Origin: the human T2T-CHM13v2.0 reference genome, Homo sapiens
Reading direction: 5' to 3' (one strand)
Length of the DNA stretch: 64,000 nt
Assembly: GCF_009914755.1 (NCBI RefSeq)
Contig: NC_060932.1
The notes under the pieces: generated by a model
The model's database searches: none
The model's input: only the letters and a program-made list of their open reading frames with translations
What the model was told of the DNA's origin: nothing
Shown: in pieces, positions 1-14,608 of the stretch
Layout of the letters: each line of letters begins with the position of its first letter
Position numbering within the stretch: the stretch's first letter is position 1
Translations under genes and position numbers: made by a program

Positions 1-1778
1 CAAACCCCTCATAATAGAGTTTGTATTTGTTTTGAGGGAAACTTTGTATTTGAGGAAATAATAGTCTAGTTTGTGCTATAGAACTAGAGACAGAAAGTAT
101 TTTCAAGTGTTGGCATAATTGTGAAATAAAAAGCAGCCCAGAGAAGTTGTGGTTTTGACATAATGTGGCCCTCGGAAATGTTTGGATTTGACCTTGCCCT
201 TCTCTCTCATCCTGCCCAGAGTCTATGAGTGAAAACTGGTTGGTTTGCACAGCGTAGCCCACTGCTCTTAGATGTAAGGTGATGAACTTCATGTTTATTT
301 TACTTTTGTTTTTGCTTGCTGACTACATAGATGTAAACTGACTTTCATTAGCTTAGCAGGGTTTTTTAAAGATTAATTTTAAATTAGGTTAAAAATGATG
401 TATTGTGACCTATGAGTCAGCAAGCAGCATTTAAGGTTAATAGTCTGTTCACGTTAGGGTCAAGTTTTACTGCTGTGTTGGCTCAGGTGTCCCTGCTATG
501 TTTTCATATGTTGAACCTGATTAAAGTTTTGCTTCTTAAAAGAATAGGAGTTAAGGTAAAGAAAAGCCCCAGCAAGCAGAGCCTGGTTATTATTTATGGC
601 AAGCTAGTAGCAAGCAGTGTGTTATATATATTCTCGTGGATGGATAAATTGGAAAGTTGAGTGAACAGAGAGTTCAAGGACAAAACAGGTATGGCTTTTG
701 TGAAGGCTCATTAAATCAAGCAAAGTGCTAATCACTCAGTACTATCAGCTGGACTGAGATTCTTCAGTAGTCTCCAGAGAGCAACAATTACTGGTGACTG
801 TCATCGTGTAACAATCAGGCTCTGGAGATGAAAAAGACCGGTAGTGGGATCTGAGTCACCCATTCACTAGAATGCAAATGTTGCCAAATAACTCCAACAA
901 CCTTTTAAAATAGTTTTATTCCTTTTTAATCAGCTTTGCCCAGAAGCAGTTTTACATTCAATCTTTAATGCTCCTTGGCTGTTTTCACAAGATGCAATTT
1001 AAAGGGTAGTTACCCATTAAAAAGTGAGTGAGTCATACTTTCTCCCTGTGGAATTTTAAATTCATTTCCCGTTCCTTCCTCTTCCCCCGCCCCGCCCCCC
1101 ACGCCCCATTAATGACTTTAGATCCTCCAACTATGTTCTTACCTGTCTGAGAAAAGCTGAAGTGCTAGGTAATGCTAGGTACCAGGCCCAGAAGACAATT
1201 TCGTAGACTTGCACAGCTGCAACGGAAGCAAAAGGAACCTACAGAGACCTGAGAGTGAGTGACTGTGGCCCTGCTGCCCTGGGCGTCATTTCTGGCAGGC
1301 CTCAGGACCTTCTGCATTTCTGGGCTTTGACGCTGACACTGCTTATCTCTCACTTTTTCTATTGACCATTTTACTTTCTCTTTTGGTCACCCAGATTTCC
1401 ATACATGGTGACCAGGATCCTTAACATTGGCCAGAGAACATAGGATACAATCTTAGTCACTTTAAGAGAGTTGATATGGTTTTTCTTTCAGCATTTTATT
1501 TGAAACAAAAATTAAACAGTTTTTAGTGAGCATCCACATACCCATCACCTAGATTCTACGATACTTGCTTTATCACATATCTGTCAGTTCCACTATCCAT
1601 TCATCAGTGTCTCTCGCGTGTGCTTGCGCTGTCTTTTTTGATGAATTTCATAGTAAGTTGTATGCTTCAGTACACTTCTCCCGGGATACTTCATCATGCA
1701 TATCACTGACTAGTGTTCACTGTCTGCAGTGTTTTTCTTTTGAAGTAAATTTACATACAGTACAAAACAACTTGTGGC

Positions 1779-1782
<4 letters not shown>

Positions 1783-1833
<51 letters not shown>
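1783..1833. repeat. (TA)25 microsatellite
   Basis: Pure TA run read directly. Confidence 0.97.
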
Positions 1834-1836
<3 letters not shown>

Positions 1837-3494
1837 CACATATATTAAGTATACCATTTGATTATTTTTGACAAATGCATATACCTGTGCTACAAAGTCC
1901 TATTAAGATACAGAATGTCACCGTCATCCCAGAAAGTTCCCACATCCCACTTGCCAGTAAATCCTCCCCTGCGCCTCCCAGAGGCAGCCGTTCTTCTGAT
2001 TTTTTTCCCCATCACAAATTAGTTTTGTCTCTTCTAGAACTTCATATAAATGGAACCATATAGCATACACTTGTAGGCCTCTCTCACTGAGCATAGTATT
2101 TTGAGATTTATCCATGTGTTGGGTGATTCATTAGTTGTTACCTATTTAGTGCTGAGTAGTATTCCATTGTATGCAGAGATCACAGTTTGTTTACCATCCT
2201 TCTATTGATAGACGCCTGAGCTGTTTTGTTTGTGGCCATTATGAATAAAACTTCAGCGTACGTTCTTGTGTAAGTCTTTTTGTGGCTATATGTATTTATT
2301 TCTCTTGGGGGAATAAATAGACATAGAATTGCTATGTAAGTTTAGTTTTACAAGAAACCGCCAGTCATTTTCCCAAAATGGCTCTACTATTTGTACTCCC
2401 ACCAATAATGTATGAACATTTGGTTGTACCACATCTTCACCAACATATGGTGTAGTCACTCTTTTTAATTTTAGCCATTCTAGTGGGCGTATAATGGTAT
2501 CTCGTGGTTTTAGTTTGCTTTTGCCTGATGACTAATGATGTTGAACACTTTTTTAGTATGTGCTTATGCTATTTGAGTATATTTCCTTTGTGAAGTATCT
2601 ATTAAAATCTTTTGCCCATTTTTGATTAGGTGGTTGTATATCCTAGCTGCCAGTCCTTTGTCAGCTCTATATTTTGCAAACATGAAAACCCAGTCTGTAG
2701 TTTGGCTGTTTGTTATGTTAATGATATCGTTTAGCCAAAGTTTTTAATTTTGATAAAGTAGAATTTAGCAGTTGTTTTCTTTCATGGTTATTGCTTTTCT
2801 GTATTGTCTCTAATAAACCATTGCACGTTCCCAAGGCACAAAGATATTCTCCTGTGTTTTCTTCTAATTACAGGTTTGAGCTTTCACTTACAGGTTTATG
2901 TTCCATCTTGAATTAATTCTTATGTGTAATATGAGGTGGGGATCAAGGTTCCTTTTTCCCCATATAGACAGCTAGTTGCTTTAACATCACTTCTTTAAAG
3001 ATTTTCCTTCCCTATTCGGATTATATCACACCTTTGTTAAAAATCGAAGGACTCAGTAAATGTGGGCTGGGCTCTTTTCTGTTTCATCGATCTGTTTTTC
3101 AATCCTTATGCCAGTGCTACACTGTTTTGATTACTGTGGCTTTTTAGTGTATCTTGAAGTCAAGTAATATGAGTCTTCTAACTTTGTAATTGTTTTTCAA
3201 AATTGCTTTAGAAATTCTAGGTCCTTTGCATTTCTATGTAAAATTTAGAATCAGCTGGCCAATGCTCTATTAAAAAGTATAATGGATTTAGAATTGTGTT
3301 AAAACTATAGAACAAATGGAAAGAATTGACAATTTATTGCTTCTTGCAATTCATGAACATAGTCTATCTCCTTGTATACTTAGGTTTTTAAATTCTCTTA
3401 GCAATCTTCATTGTTGAGATTGTATAAGCCTTTTGTAAACAAATTCTTTCAAAATATTTGTATGTGTTTTGGTGCTACAGTAAATGAAATGTAA

Positions 3495-3824
<330 letters not shown>

Positions 3825-5046
3825 TAAATTTCATTTTTTCAAATTTTTGCTGCTAATATATATACATACGGTTGATTTTTATATATTAATGTTATGTCAT
3901 AAGACCTTACTAAATTCACTACTTAATTCTAAAAGCTATTTTTGTAAATCCTTTAATATTTACTTCCTAAACAATCATGTCATCTGCAAGTACAGTGCAT
4001 TTTACTTTTCCCTTTTGGATTTGTATGCTTTTCTTTCTCTTGCCTTACTGCACTGCCTAGGACCTTTTCTTACAGTGTTAAACAGAAGTGGTAAGAGTGG
4101 GCGTCTCTGTCTTGTTCCCAGTGATACAGGGAAAACATTTTTATTTCAGTATTAAGTCCAGTGTTGCCTGTGGGTTTTTTATAGTTACATGTATTAGATT
4201 GAATAAGTTTATTGAAAGGGTTTATCATTAACTCATTTGTCTGATGCTTTCTCTGCATCTATTTAAATGGTCATATGATTTTCCTCCTTTATTTGGTAAT
4301 ATGGATCATTTTGATTTTTTTTTAACATTAAACCTCACATGCCTAGGATAAACCCTATTATATCATCATCTTTACATATTGTTGGATTCAACTTGCTAAT
4401 ACTTTGTAGAGGATTTTTGTGTCTGTGTTCATACAGGGTGGTGGTCTGTAATTTTCTTTTTTATAATTTTGTTGTCAGGTATTCGTTGTTGGTATTAGTG
4501 TAACGCAGGCTTCACAAAACAAGTAAGGATGTGTTGTTCCCTCCCCTGTTTTCTGAAAGTGTTCATGTAACATGAATATGATTTCTTCCATAAACGTTTG
4601 CTAGAACTCACCAGTGAAACTATCTAGGGCTGGAATTTTCTTTATGGGAGGGTTTTAGATCATAATTCAGTTCATTTAATAGATATAGAGCTATTCATAT
4701 TTTCTGTTTCATCTGTGTCCATTTTAAAAAGTTACGTTTTTCAAGGAATTTGTCTGTTTCATTCATTTTGTCAAACATTTTGGTATTATGTTGCCTTATT
4801 AGGCTTTTAACATCTGTGGAATCTTAGTGATCACCCCTGTTTCAACCCTGATACTCATCATCTGTGTTTTCTCTTTTTTTCTTGTTTACCCGAGTTAGGG
4901 GTTTATCAATTTTGTTGTTCTTTTCAAAGAAGTAGCTTTTGGTTTTATTTCCTCTACTCTGTAGACTTCTGCTTTTATTTTTATTCTACTTTCTTTCCGT
5001 TTAATTGCTCTTCTTTTTCTAGTGATTTAATAAGGTATAAAAGCTT

Positions 5047-5353
<307 letters not shown>

Positions 5354-6399
5354 TCATTTTAGACATTTTCCTCAAAGCACTGCTTTAGCTGAATCCCACA
5401 CATTTTGATATGGTGTATTTTAATTATTATTCAATTCAAAATATTTTTTCATACCCTTTATATATATGTATTTGATCCATGGAATGTATAGGAATGGGGT
5501 GTTTAATTTCCAAATTTCCAGACAATGAGGTTTTTCTTGATATCTTATTAATTTCTAATTTATTTTCATTTTGGCCAGAGAACCTACTCTGTATAATTTT
5601 GGTGTTTTAAAATTTATTGAGACTTGTTTTGTGGCCCAGCATATGTGGTCTCTCTTGGTGAACATGCCATGTGTGTTTGTAAAGAATGTGTGTTCTCAGT
5701 TGCTGGGTGTCATGTTCTATAAATATCAGTTAAACCAAGATGGTTGGTAGTAGTGTTCAGGTAAATTTTGTTTTTTATTCTTTTGTAGTTCTATCAATTG
5801 CTAAGAGATTGAAATCTCCAAGTATGATTGAGGAACTCTGTACATCTCTCTTCATTTATATTGATTTTTACTGAATGTATTTTGTAAATCTGTTATTAGG
5901 TACATACACATCTATGATTGCTGTGTTTTCCTGATGTATGAGCTTTTCACCATTGTGAAATTACCTCTTTATCATCATGAGATGTCCTTCCGCATCCCTG
6001 GTCTTGCAGTTTACTTGGTGTTAATTTAGCCGTCATGTGCTTACTGTTTGCCCTGTGTATTATCCTTTTCCATACATTTGCTTTCCACCCATGTTTCTTT
6101 ATCTTGAAAATGCATTTCTTTAGACAGAAGTCTACAGTAATTGGCTCTTTTTTTTTTTATCCATTTTGCTCGTGTGTGCCTTTTAATTGGAGTGTTTAGT
6201 CTGTTAACATTTGATGTAATTATTGATACATCAGTTTAAGCTGATGGTTTGATTTATATCTGCCAGTTTAATCATCTCCTCACTTTGGTTTTCAGTAGCC
6301 AAGAATAATAGTTGTAATGAATACTATTATGGTCTAATTCTTTATAATGTATTTTTTCTATATCCTTTAATAGGGAATATCTTCTTAAGAGAAAGGTAG

Positions 6400-6660
6400 A
6401 GGACTCCTTATATCTAGTACAATGCCTTAAGCATAGAATTCTGGTACTTAATAAATGCTAAGTGAATGCGGTGGAAAGAACTGTCCCTTAAGAATCAGGA
6501 GACATAGTCTCCAGACTTATTTATATTATTATTTTGCATTATTACCTGGTTTAATCCACTTATTTTGTGTGTGTGATTTAGTTTCCTCATCTATAAAAAT
6601 GAGGAGGTTTAGGACTATATTATCTCTAAAATTATACCTTTCTGTCATCTATGATTTGAA
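6400..6660 (+). mobile_element. L2 3' end fragment followed by a MIR fragment
   Basis: acttaataaatgctaagtgaatg resembles the L2 tail; agtttcctcatctataaaaatgagg is the MIR core. Confidence 0.55.
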
Positions 6661-9600
6661 GCTTTCTAATGAAGAGAATTTTTATCTAAAAGATATGTTC
6701 ACAAGTTATTCTTCATTTAGCAACCACTTTCTGACAATCATTTTCTATAATGTTTTTATGTATATAACCCTTAAATTTCAATGTGGATATAATATTAAAA
6801 GAATGCAATATCTGTGATTCTTTTTTTCTTTTCTATTAATAATGTGTTGCTGCTGGTTCTTTAGCTACACGAGGGGACTACAAAATGATAGTTTTTGTCA
6901 GCCATGAAAAAAATCAAACCTCAAACAAAATGTTATAAGCTGTTTTTATATATCTTAAGCCCTGCCAGCTAATGTGATAGGGCACAAGGGTCTTTGATTA
7001 GTCTGTAAGCTGCAGTGCCACCAGGTTGGTTTTTCATAGGTAGTACTCATTTTTAAATCAAAATTCTGTCGTTACTTCATTTTGTGTTGGGCGTGGTTAA
7101 TTTATAGAACCTCATGATATAACCACCAATATCGAGGAAGCAGACTTGACTACCATCTCAAAAAAAGATTGGGGGTAATAGTTATTTTTAAATCCTCAAG
7201 CACATCAAACATCCAACTCAGTTAAGTCTAGAGCATCACTAGCAGAGCATTGGGCAGAACTTCAAATTTTATTGAGGTATTTTCAAGATAGGGTAATAGT
7301 TAAGAAGAGGAATTTGTTCATGGTGCTGCTGCCAAGGAGTTACACCAATAACTCAAGGTGTTATCAACAATTCAAACAAATCTGGCTGTTCAAAGAAGTG
7401 AGTAAACTCCACTGACTTGTTTTGGGACCGTAGATGGAGAAGAGATTGTATGTTGTGACTAACGAAAATGAATATTTCATCTCTGTACCATTTTTTACTG
7501 TGCAATTTGGTTTGAACAGGTTGAGTATGAGGTTGCAGCATGTCCACACAGGGAATGTTCTGTAAGCCATTCAGCAACTTGAGCCTTGAGTTCTTGTGAG
7601 AGTTTAAGCAGGACTAGACTCAGGCACATCCAGTTGCAGTAAGGACAGAGGTTTTGAAAGAGGAGCTGCCACGAATTATTTGTAATGAGAGGTGCCCACC
7701 TCTTTGATACCACAGCTTCTTGGAGTGAAACAAAAGATAGTTTCCAGAAGATAATAAAGAGACTTTAAAATCAGTGTGCTATCTTCCTTCCATCAGTGTC
7801 CCCCTGGTTGGGCCCTTAGTGCAAGGAGACAGTAATAATAGATAGTGCTTCTGTCAAAAGGTCGCTTTCTTCTTTCCAGAAATAGAAACATGCTTCCCAA
7901 GAAATAATCTAAATCTATTTATATTTCTGCCACTTCTAGCTTTTTGTTCTGTAGTCATTTCTCTTTTTTTTTTTTTTTTTTTTTTTCTGTATGTCTTATC
8001 CCCCCAGCTAGATTGTTAAGCATGTCTGGGACAGGAACTATTATATTTTTACTTTCTGAAGAATACCTGGCCTACTGCTAGGCACCTTCTAAGGTTAACT
8101 TTTTGCAAGAGGAAAGATAAGCGGTAGATGTATCTGGAGGCTGCTGTTGGAGTGAAGAGAGACCTCCTATGTTCCCAGTTATGCCTAATTCATTTATTCC
8201 TTCTTCAAATTTGTAATTTTTTTTTAATCAACGGAGAATTTTTAGTGTTGAAGCCTTTTAGCCTCTAGACATGTTTGAGCCTGCTGGCTTTCAGGGGCTT
8301 CCTGTCCAGATGGAGAGACAGACATAACCACAAATAACAAGGCTGACTACTTGTAGTGTGGGCAGGGTGCTTGGGAATGGGAGCACTGAGATCTCACTGA
8401 GGGTGGAGGGGTTCTGGGAAGATGTCATTAGGGGAGAAATGTATTGGAGCTCTGTTTTGAAGGCTGGTAGCCTTTGGTTTTTGTTTGCTTTTAAATTCCT
8501 GGGTTATTGTCCCATTTCTCTTCACCCCTGCTCCACAATTTTTAAAAATTCTGTCAACGTAAGGTTTTGACTTAAGCTATGCTTCACAGAGAACATAGCA
8601 TCTTTTATAGCTGGTGCCACTCCTATGGCATACAGAAAAGCGTAGGATTCAACATAACCCCACAGTGTTGAGCTGTACAGGCTTAAAATGAACCTGTAAT
8701 ACCACAAAAAGAGCAGTGGAATTGGAATCAGAGGATCCCTTTTGAGTCTTGGCCTTGTCTCTCGAGAAGTTGACAGAGTTGCTGCATGCCGAAGAACTTG
8801 TAGCCCCCAAAGAGGTATGGGAGTTGAACTAGGTACTGAAGGAGAGCCATGCTTTTGGATGGCTGTCTAAGTGGCACATACTGTTGGATAGCTACCTAAA
8901 TGATACAGGGGGATCATATTAATACCAGGCCATAAAGTGTCAGCACAGATTGGTTGAAAGCCTGTATGCGCATATTTGCATATTAAAGAACAGTTATGTT
9001 GATATATTTACATCTCTGTTAAATGAAGAATCAGATTTGGTGAGATGTAGGATTAGATATAGTATCAAAAAATTTTCATGAGAATACAGTAAGCCTATGG
9101 GAAAAATTCATTGTTTTGTCATTCAAATTTGATACAAATTTCTGTTTAATTGCTTTTCAGATGCAAATACAATTCTGGAAAGAGGAAATATAGTGAAAGC
9201 CTTTTTATAAATATAAAATATTTTTTCAAAACTTGAGTTGTTTTTTTCTTCCACCATTTCTGTTGCTGCAAAAGGTAATGACATTTCCCGCCTGAGGAAA
9301 AACATTTTTGAAATGGAGTTAAATTATTATTTGAGAATAAGGTTTCCTTCTGTGGCCTGTACTATATTCTGATGACTTATAAAGAGACCTTGTGCAGCAG
9401 TGTCCTCTGTATGTCCTTGGTGGGGCCTTTGACACTCTGCAATAGGAAGACTAGCTAATAAATTTTCTCTTTCCTCTACACAAATTCCCATTTGTGCAAT
9501 TGCCTCCCCTCTAGTTTTTCCCAGTGATGTAAGCTACTATTATGCCACCACGCTTGCTAACTTAATGGTATCACTTTTAAGAAATACTGCAGGTTTTTTA

Positions 9601-10379
9601 AAAATACCAGTTGGAATGCCTCATTCTAGGATATTCTCATTTACTTTTAAAAACGTCATTTAGAGCTTTTTGCTTTCTGGGGTTTTTTGGTACTTTTTTT
9701 TCAACCTTTGTATGGTGTGCTTTCTCCATAATATATGAATATTTATTTTTATTTGAAAAATGTTTTCCCTCAAACCCAATAATTGATGCTGGAGGAAGGT
9801 GTGTTACGTCTCTCCTGTGGCATCATGTACTGTTACTGCGTGCCTTAGTACCCACCTGTTTAAGAGGCACAGGACCTGATGATTCTATTGTTTCAGAGAA
9901 GCCAAATTAGTTTGGATCCTGTCTTAGGCAAGATTTGATAAGATCTGAGCCCTTTTTCTGTCTCATAGTTCATCTTTTAGTGACTTTGAACTAGTTGTTT
10001 ACCTTTAGTCCTGTTGCCTGTGGTAATCCTACCTAAAACCTCGCGGAATACAGAAATAAACAATGCAAAAGAGTTCAAATGTCCAGAATGAAAGATTTGA
10101 GAATTTGTTCTCTAGATTGGTGATTCTTAGCTTTCTTAATTATTATTGGCAATAAATAAGTCCGTTTTTATTGACAATTAAGAGTGAAAGAGTGAACCTC
10201 ATGGAATTAGTTACAAAAATTACAGAAATTTTATGATTTTTACTTTTCAGTAAAGAACAATGAACTTCTTCAGAAAGAAGGAAAATAAATGGGAAATTTT
10301 TTTTAAAGGCTTCTCTCATCCTCCCCCCAAAATTGAGAACATTGTAGAAGGGTGCACTAAGAAGAATGATGGGGTTCTA

Positions 10380-10689
<310 letters not shown>

Positions 10690-10749
10690 TTGAGAGATGT
10701 TGAAAAGCAGAGAAGTCTGGGGTGGGTCCACGCTGAGTTGTCTAAGCAG

Positions 10750-10990
10750 TGTGGTAACTGGAATACAGAGCAAGGACTTTGAAGTCAGGTGGACCCAACT
10801 TCAGATCCTGACTCCGATTTTATTAGCTCTGTGCCCTTGAACATGCTGTTTACTCCCTTTCAGCTTCAGTTTCATCACTTGTGAAATGGAGGTAATAGGA
10901 CACACTTCATAGAGCTAGTGGGAGGATTCAGTACTAGAGTGTGTGGCACAGAGCTTGGCCCACAACAGCCTCTGTAAATGTGAGCTCCTG
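10750..10990 (+). mobile_element. MIR SINE
   Basis: cttcagtttcatcacttgtgaaatggaggtaata core and MIR-like tail. Confidence 0.7.
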
Positions 10991-11409
10991 TCGCCTCACT
11001 TCACTAGCCCTGCTAGCAAGAGACTTACTTCTCTGCCTCTTTGGCCAGCATTAAGGCCACTAACTGAGACAGCATGAATCTAAAGTGGTGCTCGCTACTC
11101 TGATACATGATTTTAGTAAAAGACAAAAATGATTGGTAATTTTGTAAATCATTGCTAAGATTAATAGACTAGGTGAAAAGGCTTTTGTGTATATAGAAGA
11201 CATTTCATCTAAAATATTCCTATAATCATTACATATGCCCTCCCCCCTTTTTTTTCTTTCATTTAAAATATAGAGTGGGAAATAAATAATGTAGATGGTT
11301 TTCACTTATGTGAAAAATGGTTGCTAGGAATTGAAAAATAGGTTTTCACAGTTGAAATCACTGCTTTCAAGGAGATTATGGTTGCAGCTTACTGCAGGAG
11401 AATAATAAT

Positions 11410-11612
11410 GATAATGATGATAATAACATTACTATGCTAGCTCAGTCACGTCAATCTTATGAGGTGTAGATAGTGTATTATCCTCATTTTGCAGTTAAAG
11501 GAACCGAAGCACAGAGGTTAATAGCATCCCCATGTGCATAGTTAGGAAGTAGCAGAGCCAGGATTTGAACTCAGGCAGCCTGGCTCCAGAGCCTACACTC
11601 TTTACCACTATC
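11410..11612 (-). mobile_element. MIR SINE, antisense
   Basis: attatcctcattttgcagttaaaggaaccgaagcacagaggttaa...ggatttgaactcaggcag. Confidence 0.8.
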
Positions 11613-11705
11613 TCATACTAGGAGGACAGAGAGAAGGCAGTTTTTTGAGACAGAGTAATGTCTTAAAACCTGCAACAGGTTAATTATTTTAGATTTGCTC
11701 TACAG

Positions 11706-11867
11706 GTATTCTGAGAGAAGCCTCACAAAGTGTATTGGAATTACTATTGAAACCAGACCAGATTACTGCATGAAGCGACATTTAAGTGACATGTTGACCT
11801 ATGGCTGCACAAGGCTGGAGATTGGGGTGCAGAGTGTTTATGAAGATGTGGCTAGAGACACCAACAG
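11706..11867 (+). CDS. ELP3: ELP3 coding exon (probably exon 8), radical-SAM domain, 162 nt, phase 2/2
   Basis: Acceptor ctctacag|G and donor AG|gtaaga. Translates [53 protein letters not shown](R), with the ETRPD and RLEIGVQS motifs of Elp3. The ORF track misses this frame. Confidence 0.97.
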
Positions 11868-12849
11868 GTAAGATGGTGGCAGGTGATCTTGCACAAGTCT
11901 TCCTCCAAGTTCACCATTTTCTCTACATTCATACCCAGCCTTTCTTCCTTCTGACCACTCTTAGGGAAAGAAGTATGGGTATTCCTCCTTTTCAGAGTTC
12001 TTTCTTCTGTCTGTGTTCTTAATTCCATCCCCTCTTTCCCTCATTTTCAGTCTTTCTCTAGTGGGTCTTTTCCAGCAGCCTGTAAACACACTCATCTCTC
12101 TCCCTCTTCTTGTCCTAAGCAGCCTTGTCCATATAGAGAGCAGGGGAGAGGACTCGGGGTTAGTAGTTTAAAGCAGGAGAGAAGGCCAAGAACAAAGAAA
12201 AGAGTTTGAATAAAAAGGACATCAGGGTAATGTTTAAGAGATTCATTTTTGTGGAGCAAATACCAACTAGCAAAAAGTTTGGTGATGCCATGGTTGTAAA
12301 CTTTGAGAAATTTGGGAGTGCAAGAAAAGAAGGAAGTAAGAGTTGTTAGAGCTTTATTATGTTCCCTCTAGAAGTATATCTTTTAGTTGAAAAGAAAATA
12401 CCCGCGAAAGGTTAACTGTATAAGGAACTTCACAGTTAATTGCTAAATTAGTGGAGTAGGGGAGACAATTGAGAGTTTATTAGGCAGCTGAGATGATTGA
12501 CCGAGAATTCTAACGGTGGGCTTTGGAGGAAGGATGTGTTGAGTTGGATGTTAAAGGCCCCTTTATTCTGTAGGATTTGGGTAGGTGTGATTGGTGTTGT
12601 GCCAGGAGAAGGAAGCAAAGGGGAACTAGGGAAACAAGCACTGATCAGCATCTTAGAAACAACCAAGAGGAATGCCAGGCCGAGGAGGATGGAATTTTCC
12701 CTTAAGGAATAGAGATCTGTTGAATATTTTTTAGCATGGGGAAGAATCTCATGGATATCATGTTTAATTAAGAAAGAGTAACCGAATAGGATGCTCTTAT
12801 GTGGGAAAAGGCTTCAACCAGGGAAACTGTGGAGTGCTGTAGCCTTCAA

Positions 12850-13770
12850 GGGCTGTGCTAGAGAGACAGTTGTGCAGATGGAGGGGAAGGGGGAGCTTTC
12901 TGAAGAATACGACATCTGAGTTGGGACTTCATGGAAGAGTCTGAGTTGGTCAGGTGCAGAAGAGGAAGATTGAGGCAGAAAGAAAATAATGAACTCCTAG
13001 AGATGGGAGTGCCATAGCACATTTGAGGAATTTGGAGTGGCTTAGTTTGATTAGAATGTGAAATAGGAGAGTGATAAGAGGTGAGGCTGAAAAGCAGGCA
13101 GAGGGGCTGATTATTAGGGGCCTGAGGAGTCAGCCCAGGGAGGCTGGACATGAATCTAATGGAGCAAGCCACCAGCACGCATAAAGCTACAATGTGATGG
13201 AGCATATCTGCAGCTTAGAAAGATCGCTTACAGTGTAAGGGGCAGTCAGAGAAGAGCAAGTTGGAAGGGAGATCAGGTACGAGGCTGTTACAGAAATTAA
13301 GCAGGAAATACTGATGTCCTGGAAAGAAGTGAATGGTGGTGATTGGTGACTGATTGGAAGTGAGGATAAGAGAGAATGGGAAGTCAAGGAGGCTTGGAGA
13401 GAATGTGGGTTTCATTTGGCTACACTAAGTTTCAGATACCTGTAGAATAGCCAAGTGAAGGTTTGCTTTAGAGCAGGGCTAGGCAATAGACAGTTCAGCA
13501 GTGATCAAAATGTTCTGTGCCTGCAACTGAGTTTTCCATTTTAATTCTTCTAAATATAAATTTTAATAACCACATGTGCCTAGTGGCTGTCATTTTAAAT
13601 AGTGCTGCTTTAAAGTATTGGTTATTTGGGTTTGGAATTCATGAGAGAGGCCTGGCCTTGTCCTAGGAATTGGGAAGTCATCAGCAAAAAGACATTAGAA
13701 ATTGAAGCCATGGAAATGGTTGGGAGCATTCTGAGAGAGTGAGATGGAGTCTGTGGTTTCTAGGATCCTT
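12850..13770 (-). mobile_element. L2 fragment, antisense, with a MER3-like insert at about 13490-13610
   Basis: Purine-rich antisense L2 phrases. Insert contains aataaccacatgtgcctagtggctgtcattttaaatagtgctgc. Confidence 0.6.
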
Positions 13771-14481
13771 CTGCCGTGAATGGGAACACCTTCGTGGCAG
13801 AAGGATAGCCACAAGACTTCAGTTTAGTTGCCCAAAACTATTGTTAGGACTTGTTTCCTGCTGGATTGGCTCTAGAATGCCAAGTTAAGATGATTTATCC
13901 ACGTGACCCCAAATGACTCTGCCTTCTCACTAAGTCATTCTCTCTTTCTACTGTTATTTAAGGATCCTCCAAACCCACCAGTGAAATCTATTTTGTATCA
14001 TAGGTTTCACTCTTCCTCCCTGTCTACAAATAATTTCACAAGATCTTTAAAGGAAAGAACATAGCAGCTTGCTGCTTCTGCATGGTTTTGAGCTCATTTT
14101 AATTTTTAATACAGGTATTTACATTCATAAGCTTATTTTGACTGGTGATGCTAAACCAAATAATTTTAATACACATTAACTTTTGCCATCCCAATGCTTT
14201 ACTTTCAAGACTTTAAGTAGATGTGTAAGAGAATTTCTGAGAAATATCTCAGAAATAAAGTTATTTACTTCCAGGCCTCCTGAGAGGTGGGGATGTAAAA
14301 AATGACTTTCTGAGATGTCTTTTCCCCCAGCCATATGATTTTGGTTATGGAACTTCTGTTACCTGTCTCAGAGATTGTTTTCCCCTTGTTCCTTGTGTTA
14401 ACTTTGTCACCCATTTATTTGTGTAACAGATGTTACACAAATAGGTAGTGATTTTCACAGGTAGTGATTTTCTTTCCTTAG

Positions 14482-14608
14482 GGGCCACACTGTGAAGGCA
14501 GTGTGTGAGTCATTTCACCTGGCCAAAGATTCCGGTTTTAAAGTGGTGGCCCATATGATGCCTGACCTGCCAAACGTGGGACTAGAAAGAGACATTGAAC
14601 AGTTCACA
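14482..14608 (+). CDS. ELP3: ELP3 coding exon (probably exon 9), 127 nt, phase 2/0
   Basis: ttccttag|G and ACA|gtaagt. Encodes [42 protein letters not shown], in frame with both neighbours. Confidence 0.97.

Noticed and set aside
11801-12022. 73-aa ORF overlapping the exon 8 donor
   Set aside because: Out-of-frame reading of the ELP3 exon continuing into the intron.
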